Origin: a virus
Lineage: Duplodnaviria; Caudoviricetes
Virus record (IMG/VR): IMGVR_UViG_3300020048_000007
Coordinates: 167,673 to 231,672 of that record
DNA: 64,000 nt
Direction: 5' to 3' (one strand)
In this document: piece after piece, positions 9,798 to 19,082 of the stretch
How positions within the stretch are numbered: position 1 is the first letter of the stretch
Layout of the letters: each line of letters begins with the position of its first letter
Translations under genes and position numbers: made by a program
The notes under the pieces: generated by a model
What the model was told of the DNA's origin: nothing
What the model saw: only the letters and a program-made list of their open reading frames with translations
The model's database searches: none

Positions 9798-10125
9798 TGT
9801 ATTTGTATTCTTGGTTTAGAGCAGCTGTTTTTGCCATATCTAACATTGAAATACAATCAGCACCCCACGTTATATCTGTTAAATCGATTCTTAGGTCGTT
9901 AGGATTATCAACGTTATATCTAATAGTAATATATGCATCTTTGTGCTTTAAAGCAGATTTAGCTAATTTAAAGCTCTTATAAATGTAATCTCCAGAGCCT
10001 AAACCTGATGTTATTACACATTCATTTTGGCTCTGGAGATGTTTTAGTCTGATAGCACAGCCATAAGAAGGTATCTTATCTTCGATGCATGCTATGCAGA
10101 TCTCGATATCATATAAATGAGCCAT
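9769..10125 (-). CDS. hypothetical protein (possible degenerate RNase H-like fold)
   Basis: The pattern YDIEICIAC...SYGCAIRL...ITSGLG...LAKSALK...ITIRY loosely follows RNase HI secondary-structure order but lacks the acidic catalytic residues. Confidence 0.5.
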   Translation of the reverse strand: MAHLYDIEICIACIEDKIPSYGCAIRLKHLQSQNECVITSGLGSGDYIYKSFKLAKSALKHKDAYITIRYNVDNPNDLRIDLTDITWGADCISMLDMAKTAALNQEYKYNARLEPQRL

Positions 10126-10633
10126 CGACAGCCACTAGCTTAGGATATTGGGAGCCCGTCTCAACCGCGAATGCATCGAGAGTACGAGCCACAGCATTTA
10201 AGACATGGTTTTTTGCAGCTATCTTATCGCTAGAACTACGCCACTTACCTATTTCGACAAGAACATTATCAGCTAGTTGCTTAACATTCGAAGGAAATTC
10301 TTTTCCTTCTGATTGATAATTGCTGACATAGCTATCGATGATTCCGGTCACGTATAATGCAGCTGATTCTGTGATATTGTAAGACAAATGGCTTATTTCT
10401 CTGTCTTTACGCTCTTGATTTGTATCTGTGATAAAGTCAATTAGCTTGAGCAAATAAGCACAAAGCTGATCACTAACGCCATTCATTATCACTATGTGCG
10501 TTCTGACAGCGTGCTTAAGCTCTTCGACCTGAGCATTGCGCCTGTCGCTATAATCTTCTTCAATGCCAGTTCTTATATCCGCTGGTGCCAAAGCCGTTGG
10601 CATGCTAACAGACTGCATTCTTGGATCGTTCAT
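10109..10633 (-). CDS. hypothetical protein
   Basis: 174-aa helical ORF with a GGAGG RBS (10638-10642 on the - strand). Confidence 0.7.
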   Translation of the reverse strand: MNDPRMQSVSMPTALAPADIRTGIEEDYSDRRNAQVEELKHAVRTHIVIMNGVSDQLCAYLLKLIDFITDTNQERKDREISHLSYNITESAALYVTGIIDSYVSNYQSEGKEFPSNVKQLADNVLVEIGKWRSSSDKIAAKNHVLNAVARTLDAFAVETGSQYPKLVAVDGSFI

Positions 10634-10672
10634 AGGTACCTCCTGCCATATTTACTTGCTACCTGCAAAAAA

Positions 10673-12067
10673 TCACTTAAATTCGGGTAGTTTTACATTC
10701 AGCAAATAGCCACCACGACTCGGACTCAAGAATCTGTCGAATGACAAACCCCATTTAAGCGGGTCAATGCTAGAGATTCCAAGCAGATAGCAAACCAAAC
10801 TCCCTGGAGCACTACCACGAGGATAAAACGGAAATCCTAGAGACCTCCCATGATCTATTAGGTCATATGTTATTAAAAAATAACTGCTAAAACCCTTCTC
10901 GATGAACCGAGTAAGTTCTATTCTGGCTTGCTCTGCATACGTCACAAGCTTGCCATCAACCGGGAACTTAGTCTTCACCTTATCTAAACCAAGTTCTTTG
11001 AGTCTCTTCGTCGCAATACGAATCAATTCTTGGTCTGACTGATCGACAGACGGAATCTTGGGCGTGGAGTCTACATTTAATTTAGAACATCTATTAGCGA
11101 TTTCTAGAGTATTATCACAAGCTTTCTGGAAAAACCCATCATCGATACCTTTGCTATAGCCATTATCAGTAAATCTCTCATGTAATTCCTCTCGGGTCTT
11201 CATGTACTGCTCATCACTATTAACGTGAAAAAGATCAGGGCTATCAACGGTTGTCTCCTGTGAAATAGCCATCATGATCTTCTGTAATATAAAATCCTTG
11301 CGGTGCATATAATGACAATCATTCGTGATCACCGACGGTACCTTGTAATGATCAGCAAGTTCAACCTGCCACCGAAAGACCTTCTCATCATTCTCGACCC
11401 CAGGCATTTGTAACTCCATAAAATAATCTTCGCCAAATGCGTCTTTGAATTTTTTTATATAAGCTGCGGCATCCCTAAAACACTCCTTAGAGCTTCTCTC
11501 CCAGACCACATTGTCCTCTTTATCCTTAATACTTCTGAATCTAAGCTCATGACTAACTGGTCCGTTTAAGCATCCAGAAAGAATGATTAATCCCTCTTTG
11601 TACTCACAAAGCTTCTCAAACCATATCCTGTTATACTGTGTAGTACCAAGTCCGAACAATCCTGTATCATAAGCCTGAGTAGTGAGCTTTATAAGGTTCT
11701 CGACACCAGTCTGATTCTTACATACGACAGTTAAATGCCTGTTCCGGAACATCCTTGCAGCGAGCTCTTGATTTTCTTTGCGCCATTCTGGAGATCGATA
11801 TTTAACACCATCCGCGTGCATTTTCTGTCTTAGCGGCTCATAATCATTATAATATATCTCACAACCGACTATACTCTTTAGACCGTATTGTTGAAACGCG
11901 ATGTACATGTCAGGGACACTACCCATATGACCATGCTCCGTAGCAGCCATAGCCGGATATCCAAGATTATGACACCTCTCGGCATATTGCTGCGGAGACG
12001 ATACCCCATCAAGAAAGCTGAAAATAGTATGAGCATGGAGATGGACAAAAGGAGCGTGCGATTGCAT
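10673..12067 (-). CDS. dnaE: DNA polymerase III alpha, N-terminal fragment (PHP domain + start of palm)
   Basis: FVHLHAHTIFSFLDG, ATEHGHM, IVGCEIY, RHLTV, LSGCLNG, TNDCHY and SDEQYMKT, then RGSAPGSLVCYLLGIS.IDP and FDRFLSPSR. It ends just before the PDxDxD motif, which is in the other gene. Confidence 0.95.
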   Translation of the reverse strand: MQSHAPFVHLHAHTIFSFLDGVSSPQQYAERCHNLGYPAMAATEHGHMGSVPDMYIAFQQYGLKSIVGCEIYYNDYEPLRQKMHADGVKYRSPEWRKENQELAARMFRNRHLTVVCKNQTGVENLIKLTTQAYDTGLFGLGTTQYNRIWFEKLCEYKEGLIILSGCLNGPVSHELRFRSIKDKEDNVVWERSSKECFRDAAAYIKKFKDAFGEDYFMELQMPGVENDEKVFRWQVELADHYKVPSVITNDCHYMHRKDFILQKIMMAISQETTVDSPDLFHVNSDEQYMKTREELHERFTDNGYSKGIDDGFFQKACDNTLEIANRCSKLNVDSTPKIPSVDQSDQELIRIATKRLKELGLDKVKTKFPVDGKLVTYAEQARIELTRFIEKGFSSYFLITYDLIDHGRSLGFPFYPRGSAPGSLVCYLLGISSIDPLKWGLSFDRFLSPSRGGYLLNVKLPEFK

Positions 12068-12147
12068 AGAAATGATCGTATCCCTAGTATCAATATTTTA
12101 TGACTATCAGAAAAACACAGGTACGCATAGATGAAATTCACCTATAT

Positions 12148-13848
12148 TCATTTTTTATCCCCGTCCTGTAAGGCATCCATAAACCATGATGGAAACAGCC
12201 TACCACTTCTCTTAATGAACCCGACAAAGCTCCCATCAATGATATAAGTGTCAGCGTAATCCTCAGGACCACGAATAGATCTACCGTACGATTGAACCAG
12301 CTTTAAAGCTGTTAGCCAAGGAATATAAGCCGGATCAAGCTGGTTACGCCTGTTAAGCTGCTTATTATCAAAAAAATTCGGAAAAGGCACCTTGCTAATG
12401 ACCTGAAACCGACTCAAATCACCATTCAAGTCGACACCCTCATGCATAGCAGGAGCAACAAGAATACTGCCAGGTCTGCGAGCATGCAGCTCCAGTAACT
12501 CCTTCTTGTCAGGAAACATCCTCTGAGTGATAAATCTGTGCCTACTTTGGCAACCATCGTAGAGAGCATCAAGAATAGCAAAATTGTGTGTATGAATCAT
12601 ACCACGTTCATCCGGATATCGATCACATATCTCATCAACAACATCTATCACCTTAGGCATCCACTCATTCATGCGGCTCTTACCACCTGTAAGATTACCA
12701 CAATCCTTGAAATAGATCGGACGATTCTCTACAGGGAACCTATTCTTCATCCTGTATGACGCAATCTGATCCTTTTCAAGACCCAAAGCATTACAAAAGA
12801 CATTGATATCAAGAATTGTAGCGCTCATAATAAGCACCTTGTCAGCGAACCTGAAAAGCATCTTATCAGCGTAATCCCGAATGAAAACAGGCTTAAATTC
12901 GACCGAAAATTCCTTGCTCCTCTCAGCATACGTAGTCTGACATACCCACTCAGAATCTTCGAATGTCTCCAGGAACTGAATGACCCGTTTAACAAGCTTA
13001 CTCAAATCGTCCTCAGTCTTGTGATCCTCTCTGCGTTTAGCATCTTCGATCGCAAGAGCAATGACTTCAGCGATACGTTCTTCTTTACACCATTCAAAAT
13101 AATCTCGCGGATCTTCATACTTCGGCAAAATAACACCGAAATCCTTAAAAGTATCACTCGCAAACACAAACGACACAACGTCGAGCAAAACCTGCTCAAT
13201 ATTATGACCCTCATCGATAATCAACAGATCTCTCGGCATATCAAACCTACGAGTCATCATAGTCTGATAAATGAAGCTATTGAAATTCATACAAACGACA
13301 GGACCATTAACAGACTTAAAGACCTGCTCGTAATAAGCACATGCGCTGTACACCTTACCAGCCGGAAGATGATTCAAGTCGCCCTTCGGGACACCCGGGA
13401 TCTGATCCCTCAAGAAACACCCAGAGCATTTGTGACCGTCTTTGCGTCCTACCTTCGATTTGCAATACCCAGCTGCACAATCCGGCTTCTCATCAATCTT
13501 CTCATCGAGCCTATCAAGCGGGATAATTTTTGCGAGCTTATCCCTGTTTCTCTCATAATAGTCGCAGTGATACGCATTCCTACCTTTGAGTTCTACAACC
13601 TTATCGCCAAAATCATTCATGAACTGATCTTGAAGAATCTTCGTGATTGTGAGATAGTACGAGCTTTCAGCCATATTAGCCATCGTCATACCGATAGCTG
13701 ATTTACCCGAGCCGGTAGGGCATTCGAGAATCACGACCTTCTTACCCTCATTGAACTGCTTACAAGCAAATTCAATGGCCTTCTTTTGGCCATCACGAAA
13801 TTCAGCCTTGGGGAAACAGTCGTCAATTCTGTCTAGATCATATTGCAT
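12148..13848 (-). CDS. dinG: DinG/XPD(Rad3)-family SF2 helicase, probable Fe-S cluster
   Basis: Q motif FRDGQ, CPTGSGKS, LKGRNAYHC, a Cys cluster, IIDEGH, MSAT, HEGVDL, KVPFPN and QSYGRSIR. Confidence 0.9.
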   Translation of the reverse strand: MQYDLDRIDDCFPKAEFRDGQKKAIEFACKQFNEGKKVVILECPTGSGKSAIGMTMANMAESSYYLTITKILQDQFMNDFGDKVVELKGRNAYHCDYYERNRDKLAKIIPLDRLDEKIDEKPDCAAGYCKSKVGRKDGHKCSGCFLRDQIPGVPKGDLNHLPAGKVYSACAYYEQVFKSVNGPVVCMNFNSFIYQTMMTRRFDMPRDLLIIDEGHNIEQVLLDVVSFVFASDTFKDFGVILPKYEDPRDYFEWCKEERIAEVIALAIEDAKRREDHKTEDDLSKLVKRVIQFLETFEDSEWVCQTTYAERSKEFSVEFKPVFIRDYADKMLFRFADKVLIMSATILDINVFCNALGLEKDQIASYRMKNRFPVENRPIYFKDCGNLTGGKSRMNEWMPKVIDVVDEICDRYPDERGMIHTHNFAILDALYDGCQSRHRFITQRMFPDKKELLELHARRPGSILVAPAMHEGVDLNGDLSRFQVISKVPFPNFFDNKQLNRRNQLDPAYIPWLTALKLVQSYGRSIRGPEDYADTYIIDGSFVGFIKRSGRLFPSWFMDALQDGDKK

Positions 13849-13941
13849 TATTGCGCTCTCTTTCTAATTAAACAATACACGATTTATAACGATATTACTT
13901 CAGTATTTGAGCATTGAAACCAGACCCCATAGAAAGAACAT

Positions 13942-15030
13942 ATGAGCCAAGTACTAATCACAGCAGACATCCACTTTGGCGTACCCGGCAGACTTGACGA
14001 TATCTTATACTCCTGCAGAGTAATGAGAGAATATTGTCGACTAGCGAACATCGACACAATACTCGTGCTGGGTGACCTATATCACGACCGCAGATACCTT
14101 GAAATAGACGTACTATCAGCGTCATATAAATTCTTCGAAGAATGCTACTCAAAATATAACCAACGCTGGGTGATATTCCCAGGCAATCATGATATGTTCC
14201 TCAGACATAGCTGGAGAATTAACAGCCTAACGCCGTTAGCACAAGTCACCACATTAATAGAGGACGTATGCAAAATAGAAATAGAACGACAAACATTCTG
14301 GATTTTACCATTCATATCATACGAAAAATCATACATGACAGTGCTAAACAAAATAAATGAACAAGCAGATGAGAACGACATCCTGCTAACTCACATCGGT
14401 GTAAACGGCGCTACCATGAATACATGCTTCATGTTAAAAGACTGGGGCCTCGTCAATTTTAGTGATACGAAATTCAAGAGAGTCTACACAGGGCACTTCC
14501 ACAGTAAACAATCAATTGGTGATAGAGTATTCTATCCAGGCAGCCCAATACCATTTAAACACGACGAAGGCAATGTTCCTCACGGTTTCTACGTCTATAA
14601 TCTAGAAACAAGCGAACACAAATTCATAAACATCTGGAAGGCCGGAAGACAATTTTTCCCTAACGAAACGCCACCACCACAATTCTGCAGCATACTGGAT
14701 ACAGACCTTGACAATCTAACACCAGAAGATGTGAAACACAACAAAGTCAGAATAGCACTATCCGCTGACACCCCAGCAGATAAAAAAAGAGAAATAAAAG
14801 AAAGACTCGAAGCATTAGGGGCTGAAAATGTAAGCTGGATGAACCTAAAAGAAGCAGCCCCAGACATACAAGAAATAAATCAAAATATCGAAAAATCAGA
14901 CTTATTCGAACTGTTCATAGCCAATAACGAAAAAAGCACAAAAGATCTAAACATAGACCTACTAAGAAGACTAAACGCTGAGATAATCCGCGAAGGAGAT
15001 GAGCAGTATAGTCTCTCGTCAGATAATTGA
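13942..15030 (+). CDS. sbcD: Mre11/SbcD/T4 gp47-like nuclease
   Basis: ADIHFG, GDLYHDR, PGNHD, LLTH, TGHFH and YPGSP...F...G phosphoesterase motifs, plus the C-terminal capping-type region. Confidence 0.9.
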   Translation: MSQVLITADIHFGVPGRLDDILYSCRVMREYCRLANIDTILVLGDLYHDRRYLEIDVLSASYKFFEECYSKYNQRWVIFPGNHDMFLRHSWRINSLTPLAQVTTLIEDVCKIEIERQTFWILPFISYEKSYMTVLNKINEQADENDILLTHIGVNGATMNTCFMLKDWGLVNFSDTKFKRVYTGHFHSKQSIGDRVFYPGSPIPFKHDEGNVPHGFYVYNLETSEHKFINIWKAGRQFFPNETPPPQFCSILDTDLDNLTPEDVKHNKVRIALSADTPADKKREIKERLEALGAENVSWMNLKEAAPDIQEINQNIEKSDLFELFIANNEKSTKDLNIDLLRRLNAEIIREGDEQYSLSSDN

Positions 15031-15071
15031 GAACATAACACCGCACTGTCATATTAATTCAGGAGGCAATA

Positions 15072-15482
15072 ATGCTAAACGACCTAAAGACAGAGATGAA
15101 GAATGCGTTCTCAATACCAGCACCTGCAATCGGCATTGACGTCGACGGTACAATCGACCAAGCACCTGAGTTTTTTGCTACGCTAACACAAAATTGGCCA
15201 GGCGATATTCACATCATCACGATGAGAAGCGACCCACAAGACATCGCTGATACACTGACGCATTACGGCCTTAAATGGACACATATCCACCCAGTGTATG
15301 GTGTGAAATGCAAGGCCGAAATTATTGCACGGCACAAGCTTGTCATGTACTTTGATGATATGCCCGAAGTGTTGCAGACAGTCGAAGAGCCATATAACGT
15401 CTGCTTGATCAGAAATCCAGGTAACTTCGATCATGATACCAAGCAATATATTATGAGTAATAAAACCGCTTATCTCATATAA
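15072..15482 (+). CDS. HAD-superfamily hydrolase (nucleotidase/phosphatase-like)
   Basis: IGIDVDGT (DxD), IITMR, a conserved K and YFDD motifs; AGGAGG RBS. Confidence 0.75.
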   Translation: MLNDLKTEMKNAFSIPAPAIGIDVDGTIDQAPEFFATLTQNWPGDIHIITMRSDPQDIADTLTHYGLKWTHIHPVYGVKCKAEIIARHKLVMYFDDMPEVLQTVEEPYNVCLIRNPGNFDHDTKQYIMSNKTAYLI

Positions 15483-16845
15483 GCGGTTCATCCGGAAGTC
15501 CCAAAGCTCTTCTATTAGACTGAAGCCTATCTAATTCCCGATCTGGATCATAATTTCCAGGCTGATTTGGCCCCAAATCGGGAATTACAACTTCGCCTTT
15601 ATACATCCCAATATTCGTAGGGGTGGCATCAGTGTGAATAAAGCCAGTATCATCATATAACTTTCGCAAGATCTTAAGCATATCCATCATGTAAGGCTTA
15701 AGACTTTCTTCCAGCCTATTATCCTTAATGATATCATCACATATTTTCGATTGTACTGCTACATCAGAAGGAAAGCCATTAAAATCATCATCGTCAATCA
15801 GAAGAGTAAGATAATCACTTGCTTTTTTGTATTGCTTGTCGACATTTTGCATGTCCACTGCTGGCATCAAAATAGCATAGTAGCCACCATCCAGCTTCTT
15901 AATATCCATAGCCACAGTGTTGGTATTTTTTTGCTGCTTCGCAAGATATGCAACATTAGCCTCTACTCTGTTGTTTGTTATCTTAATCACAAGATTATCT
16001 ATGAAATACGCCCTCGCTGTGCCCCCTTCACGAAAATAAGGCACTTTGCCAGGGACAAGTTCAACTCCGTGGGATTCAGCCCAGCTAATAAACTCTGGAT
16101 CACTAAAATACCGGTCAGAAACAGCTAATTTGCTTTCTGTAAGTTGAGCCCCGATATTAAATGTGCTCGATATAATATCAGATACCTCTCTGAGCCTGTA
16201 TTTTAATAACGCTTTTTTGCGTCCCAATTCTAATTTCTTCTCTTTCCCATCACCGATAGTGTACTTCCATCTGTCTTGATATTCTTGTTTTTCTTTTGGT
16301 TTTATAGATTTATGAGATTCTTTGATATAAAATGGCTCGAATGTGAATTCTGTAGAATTATATGCAGGGTATACTATTGACGTTGGGGGTATACCACGCT
16401 TTAAAAGTGTTTGTGCCATCGAATCTAAACTTCTTTTTGAGTCGCCGATTGCCCATACACAAACGAATGGAACGCCGTTTATTAGGTCATGATATCCGTC
16501 TTCTACATCCACTTTACAAAATGCTTTAAGATCGGTCTCGTCGATAGTCAAGTTTCCGAACCTGCCCCACACTGCTATCTTTTCAATGTTTAACGTAGCA
16601 TATTCTTCTGCCCAGTCTAAATTGGGTGTCTTCTCTAACTGTTGTTGATGGTAGTAGAAAAAGTCTTTATCGTTAAACCAATCTTGATGTGATCTGTTTA
16701 AAACCCAGTCTATGAACACCACACCAGTCTGTATGTGGTATGCAAAGTTGTAAACATGGTCGACTTTTGCTACACCTATTCCCATGGCTTCGTCCATGGT
16801 CATGTTTTGAAATAAGCTAAGTGTTTCAGTCTCAATAGTATTCAT
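15475..16845 (-). CDS. protein with C-terminal protein-kinase-like domain
   Basis: EGGTARAY (glycine loop), VIKIT (Lys), EA (helix C Glu), IHTDATPTNIG (catalytic loop) and VIPDLG (Mg-binding). The N-terminal half is of unknown function. Confidence 0.7.
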   Translation of the reverse strand: MNTIETETLSLFQNMTMDEAMGIGVAKVDHVYNFAYHIQTGVVFIDWVLNRSHQDWFNDKDFFYYHQQQLEKTPNLDWAEEYATLNIEKIAVWGRFGNLTIDETDLKAFCKVDVEDGYHDLINGVPFVCVWAIGDSKRSLDSMAQTLLKRGIPPTSIVYPAYNSTEFTFEPFYIKESHKSIKPKEKQEYQDRWKYTIGDGKEKKLELGRKKALLKYRLREVSDIISSTFNIGAQLTESKLAVSDRYFSDPEFISWAESHGVELVPGKVPYFREGGTARAYFIDNLVIKITNNRVEANVAYLAKQQKNTNTVAMDIKKLDGGYYAILMPAVDMQNVDKQYKKASDYLTLLIDDDDFNGFPSDVAVQSKICDDIIKDNRLEESLKPYMMDMLKILRKLYDDTGFIHTDATPTNIGMYKGEVVIPDLGPNQPGNYDPDRELDRLQSNRRALGLPDEPLI

Positions 16846-16911
16846 TGCCTTATACCCTGTTTTAAATGGCAGCTCTCATAAGTTATATTTAAATATTGAG
16901 GAAGTCACAGA

Positions 16912-17292
16912 ATGTTGTCACATGTTGCCAAGGGAGATAACACAATGCAAGTGATAATCGCAGGTAGTAGATCGATTGATATCGGTGTCGACAAATTGTC
17001 AGCTATCGTACAAGCCAGCGGGTTTGATATTGATACAGTAATAAGCGGCGGCGCTAAAGGTGTTGATGCTGCAGGCGAAGCATACGCAATAGCGAAAGAC
17101 CTTGGGCTTAAAGTCCTTAAAACCGATTGGAAAATGGGCAGAGGAGCCGGAATGATCAATAATCGGCGCATGGCTGATCAAGCAGATGCCCTAATTGCCG
17201 TATATGACGGTATTTCGAAAGGCACAAAGAACATGATAGAGCTGATGAAGCAGAAAGGAAAGCAGGTATATGTCTACAACGTACAAGCTTGA
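16912..17292 (+). CDS. SLOG-family (YspA/DUF2493-like) protein
   Basis: VIIAGSR, VISGGAKGVD, GRGAGMINN.RM, ADALIA.YDG.SKGTKNMI; the start may be 16945. Confidence 0.85.
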   Translation: MLSHVAKGDNTMQVIIAGSRSIDIGVDKLSAIVQASGFDIDTVISGGAKGVDAAGEAYAIAKDLGLKVLKTDWKMGRGAGMINNRRMADQADALIAVYDGISKGTKNMIELMKQKGKQVYVYNVQA

Positions 17293-17653
17293 GACAGTAC
17301 GAATAAAGCAAGCATTTGCAGAATCGATCGACATAAGATATAAGCTCGATGACCATGGCGATATGCCGCCATGGTTAACTGTGTGGGGCTATGTAACCAT
17401 CGTTAGATATGATCTCTGGCATGAGACCACCGGAGAAGACGGAGATTCAGACGGTGAGTATTATGTAGGCAAATCTTCAGCTAAACCACCTAAGCAGAGG
17501 TTCCGAGTAGATTTTAGATTCCCTAGTCATAGTCCCGATAAATGCACAATAAGACAGGCAGCTCTTAAGCTCAGCAACGAGTCTCAGATTTGCACGTACG
17601 TGTCTGAAATGCTGAAAGCTGAATTCGAAGGCAAGAAGATATTCCTACCTTAA
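17270..17653 (+). CDS. hypothetical protein
   Basis: 127-aa ORF overlapping the SLOG gene end. Confidence 0.6.
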   Translation: MSTTYKLETVRIKQAFAESIDIRYKLDDHGDMPPWLTVWGYVTIVRYDLWHETTGEDGDSDGEYYVGKSSAKPPKQRFRVDFRFPSHSPDKCTIRQAALKLSNESQICTYVSEMLKAEFEGKKIFLP

Positions 17654-19008
17654 ATCTCCATCGCTTCTAATGAGATGCTTTCCGTAGCAAACAAGGCAAA
17701 TCCATCTACATTTGCCGATTGCAAACCACTTGCTATTGATACCAGGGTGCTGCCTGTTTGGACAGTGTCATCAACCAATAATACATTGCTGTCACTCTGC
17801 GTGATGCCGGAGAGATCGTATAAAGTCATGTATTTTCTTAAAGTAGGCAAAACATTCCGGATCTTAAATCCTTTCGCTTTGCCTTTATTTTTACCGACCT
17901 TATAAGGTGTAATGCCGTCTTGGAAGTATTTTTCAAGACTGGCGTATTGACCTACCATAATTGTTTTGGGATCTACTGCACCAATATTTAATCCCTTGTC
18001 TTTTGCATATTCAGAGACGTCAAAAATGTCCGATACCTTTAAATTAGGCGTTACCGCTTTTTTAGGGATTGTAACATAATTATTAATACCAGCAGCCATT
18101 AGCAATAAATTAACTATAGCCTTCGGTGTGCCAGCTACAATAATAGCATCATAGCCATCTTTAATCTGAGCCAGGCGGTCGCCAGCTATTTTGACGAACT
18201 GCTGAACATCTGGATCAGTTGGATTTTTTTGGATATAATCAGAAAGATCGTTGGCGTTATCTTTACCAGTCTTCATGATACCTTGTTTTTGCTGGGCTAT
18301 TGGTTTTTTGCTAGCCCTAGCACCAGCCACTATTTCGAATTCAGCCGCTATCGCTTCAAGCCTACTTTGAACGTAATCATAAGAAGCCATTATTCTCTGC
18401 GCACCAATCGCCCTCTTCTGCCCTTCCGCGTTGTTTCGGGTCTTCTGAGTAGCAACATTAATTTTACTCTCACCAAAAAGCAGCCCATTTATCGTCTCAT
18501 CCTCAAAGAACATAATATCATTTTTAATCTCCGATACTTTCTTAAGAAATTCGGCAGAACCGATCCCAGTTAACTTCTCTACTACATTATCGACTAATTT
18601 TATGGTATCTTCTTGTACATAATCAAGATTTTCATAATAATCTAAGCTATTATCTTGTGCTAGCTTATTTTTCCTTTTGTTTATCTCAGTATAAACACTT
18701 TTCAGCGCTGTTGCTGTTTTGTTTTTCCAGCTCAGACTTTCCTTGGTAGCATTTAATTGCCCTATCTGTGCTTGAGATGCTCCAGTCAATGATTGGATCT
18801 CATAAGCTAAATAATAGTCATGGCCAGCCACGTTCGCGATATAGACTGTATTCGCAATGTTAACAAGCTTAATAATGTCATCTGGATTATCAGCCGCAAA
18901 ATCAAAAACCACATTTTTATCTTGGTCAAACTGCACACCCTCATTAAATGAATTAGGGTCCTCAGTTATAAGATTCGCTATAGACCGGACAGAATACCGC
19001 ATAGTCAA
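17650..19008 (-). CDS. phosphoribosyltransferase-domain protein
   Basis: C-terminal PRPP-binding loop VLLVDDTVQTGSTL; long coiled-coil-like insertion. Confidence 0.75.
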   Translation of the reverse strand: MTMRYSVRSIANLITEDPNSFNEGVQFDQDKNVVFDFAADNPDDIIKLVNIANTVYIANVAGHDYYLAYEIQSLTGASQAQIGQLNATKESLSWKNKTATALKSVYTEINKRKNKLAQDNSLDYYENLDYVQEDTIKLVDNVVEKLTGIGSAEFLKKVSEIKNDIMFFEDETINGLLFGESKINVATQKTRNNAEGQKRAIGAQRIMASYDYVQSRLEAIAAEFEIVAGARASKKPIAQQKQGIMKTGKDNANDLSDYIQKNPTDPDVQQFVKIAGDRLAQIKDGYDAIIVAGTPKAIVNLLLMAAGINNYVTIPKKAVTPNLKVSDIFDVSEYAKDKGLNIGAVDPKTIMVGQYASLEKYFQDGITPYKVGKNKGKAKGFKIRNVLPTLRKYMTLYDLSGITQSDSNVLLVDDTVQTGSTLVSIASGLQSANVDGFALFATESISLEAMEI

Positions 19009-19082
19009 AATCTCCTCTTATACTATGACTACTATATATTTTACTACTATTGAGAAGACCATGAAATGCTGCCATAAAAGCT

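Noticed and set aside
9000-10900. Split intein or intron joining the two dnaE genes
   Set aside because: There is no N-intein (Cys/Ser start, block A/B) after the N-fragment and no His-Asn/Cys junction in the C-fragment. The intervening DNA holds three ordinary coupled ORFs with no homing endonuclease or recognisable intron core.
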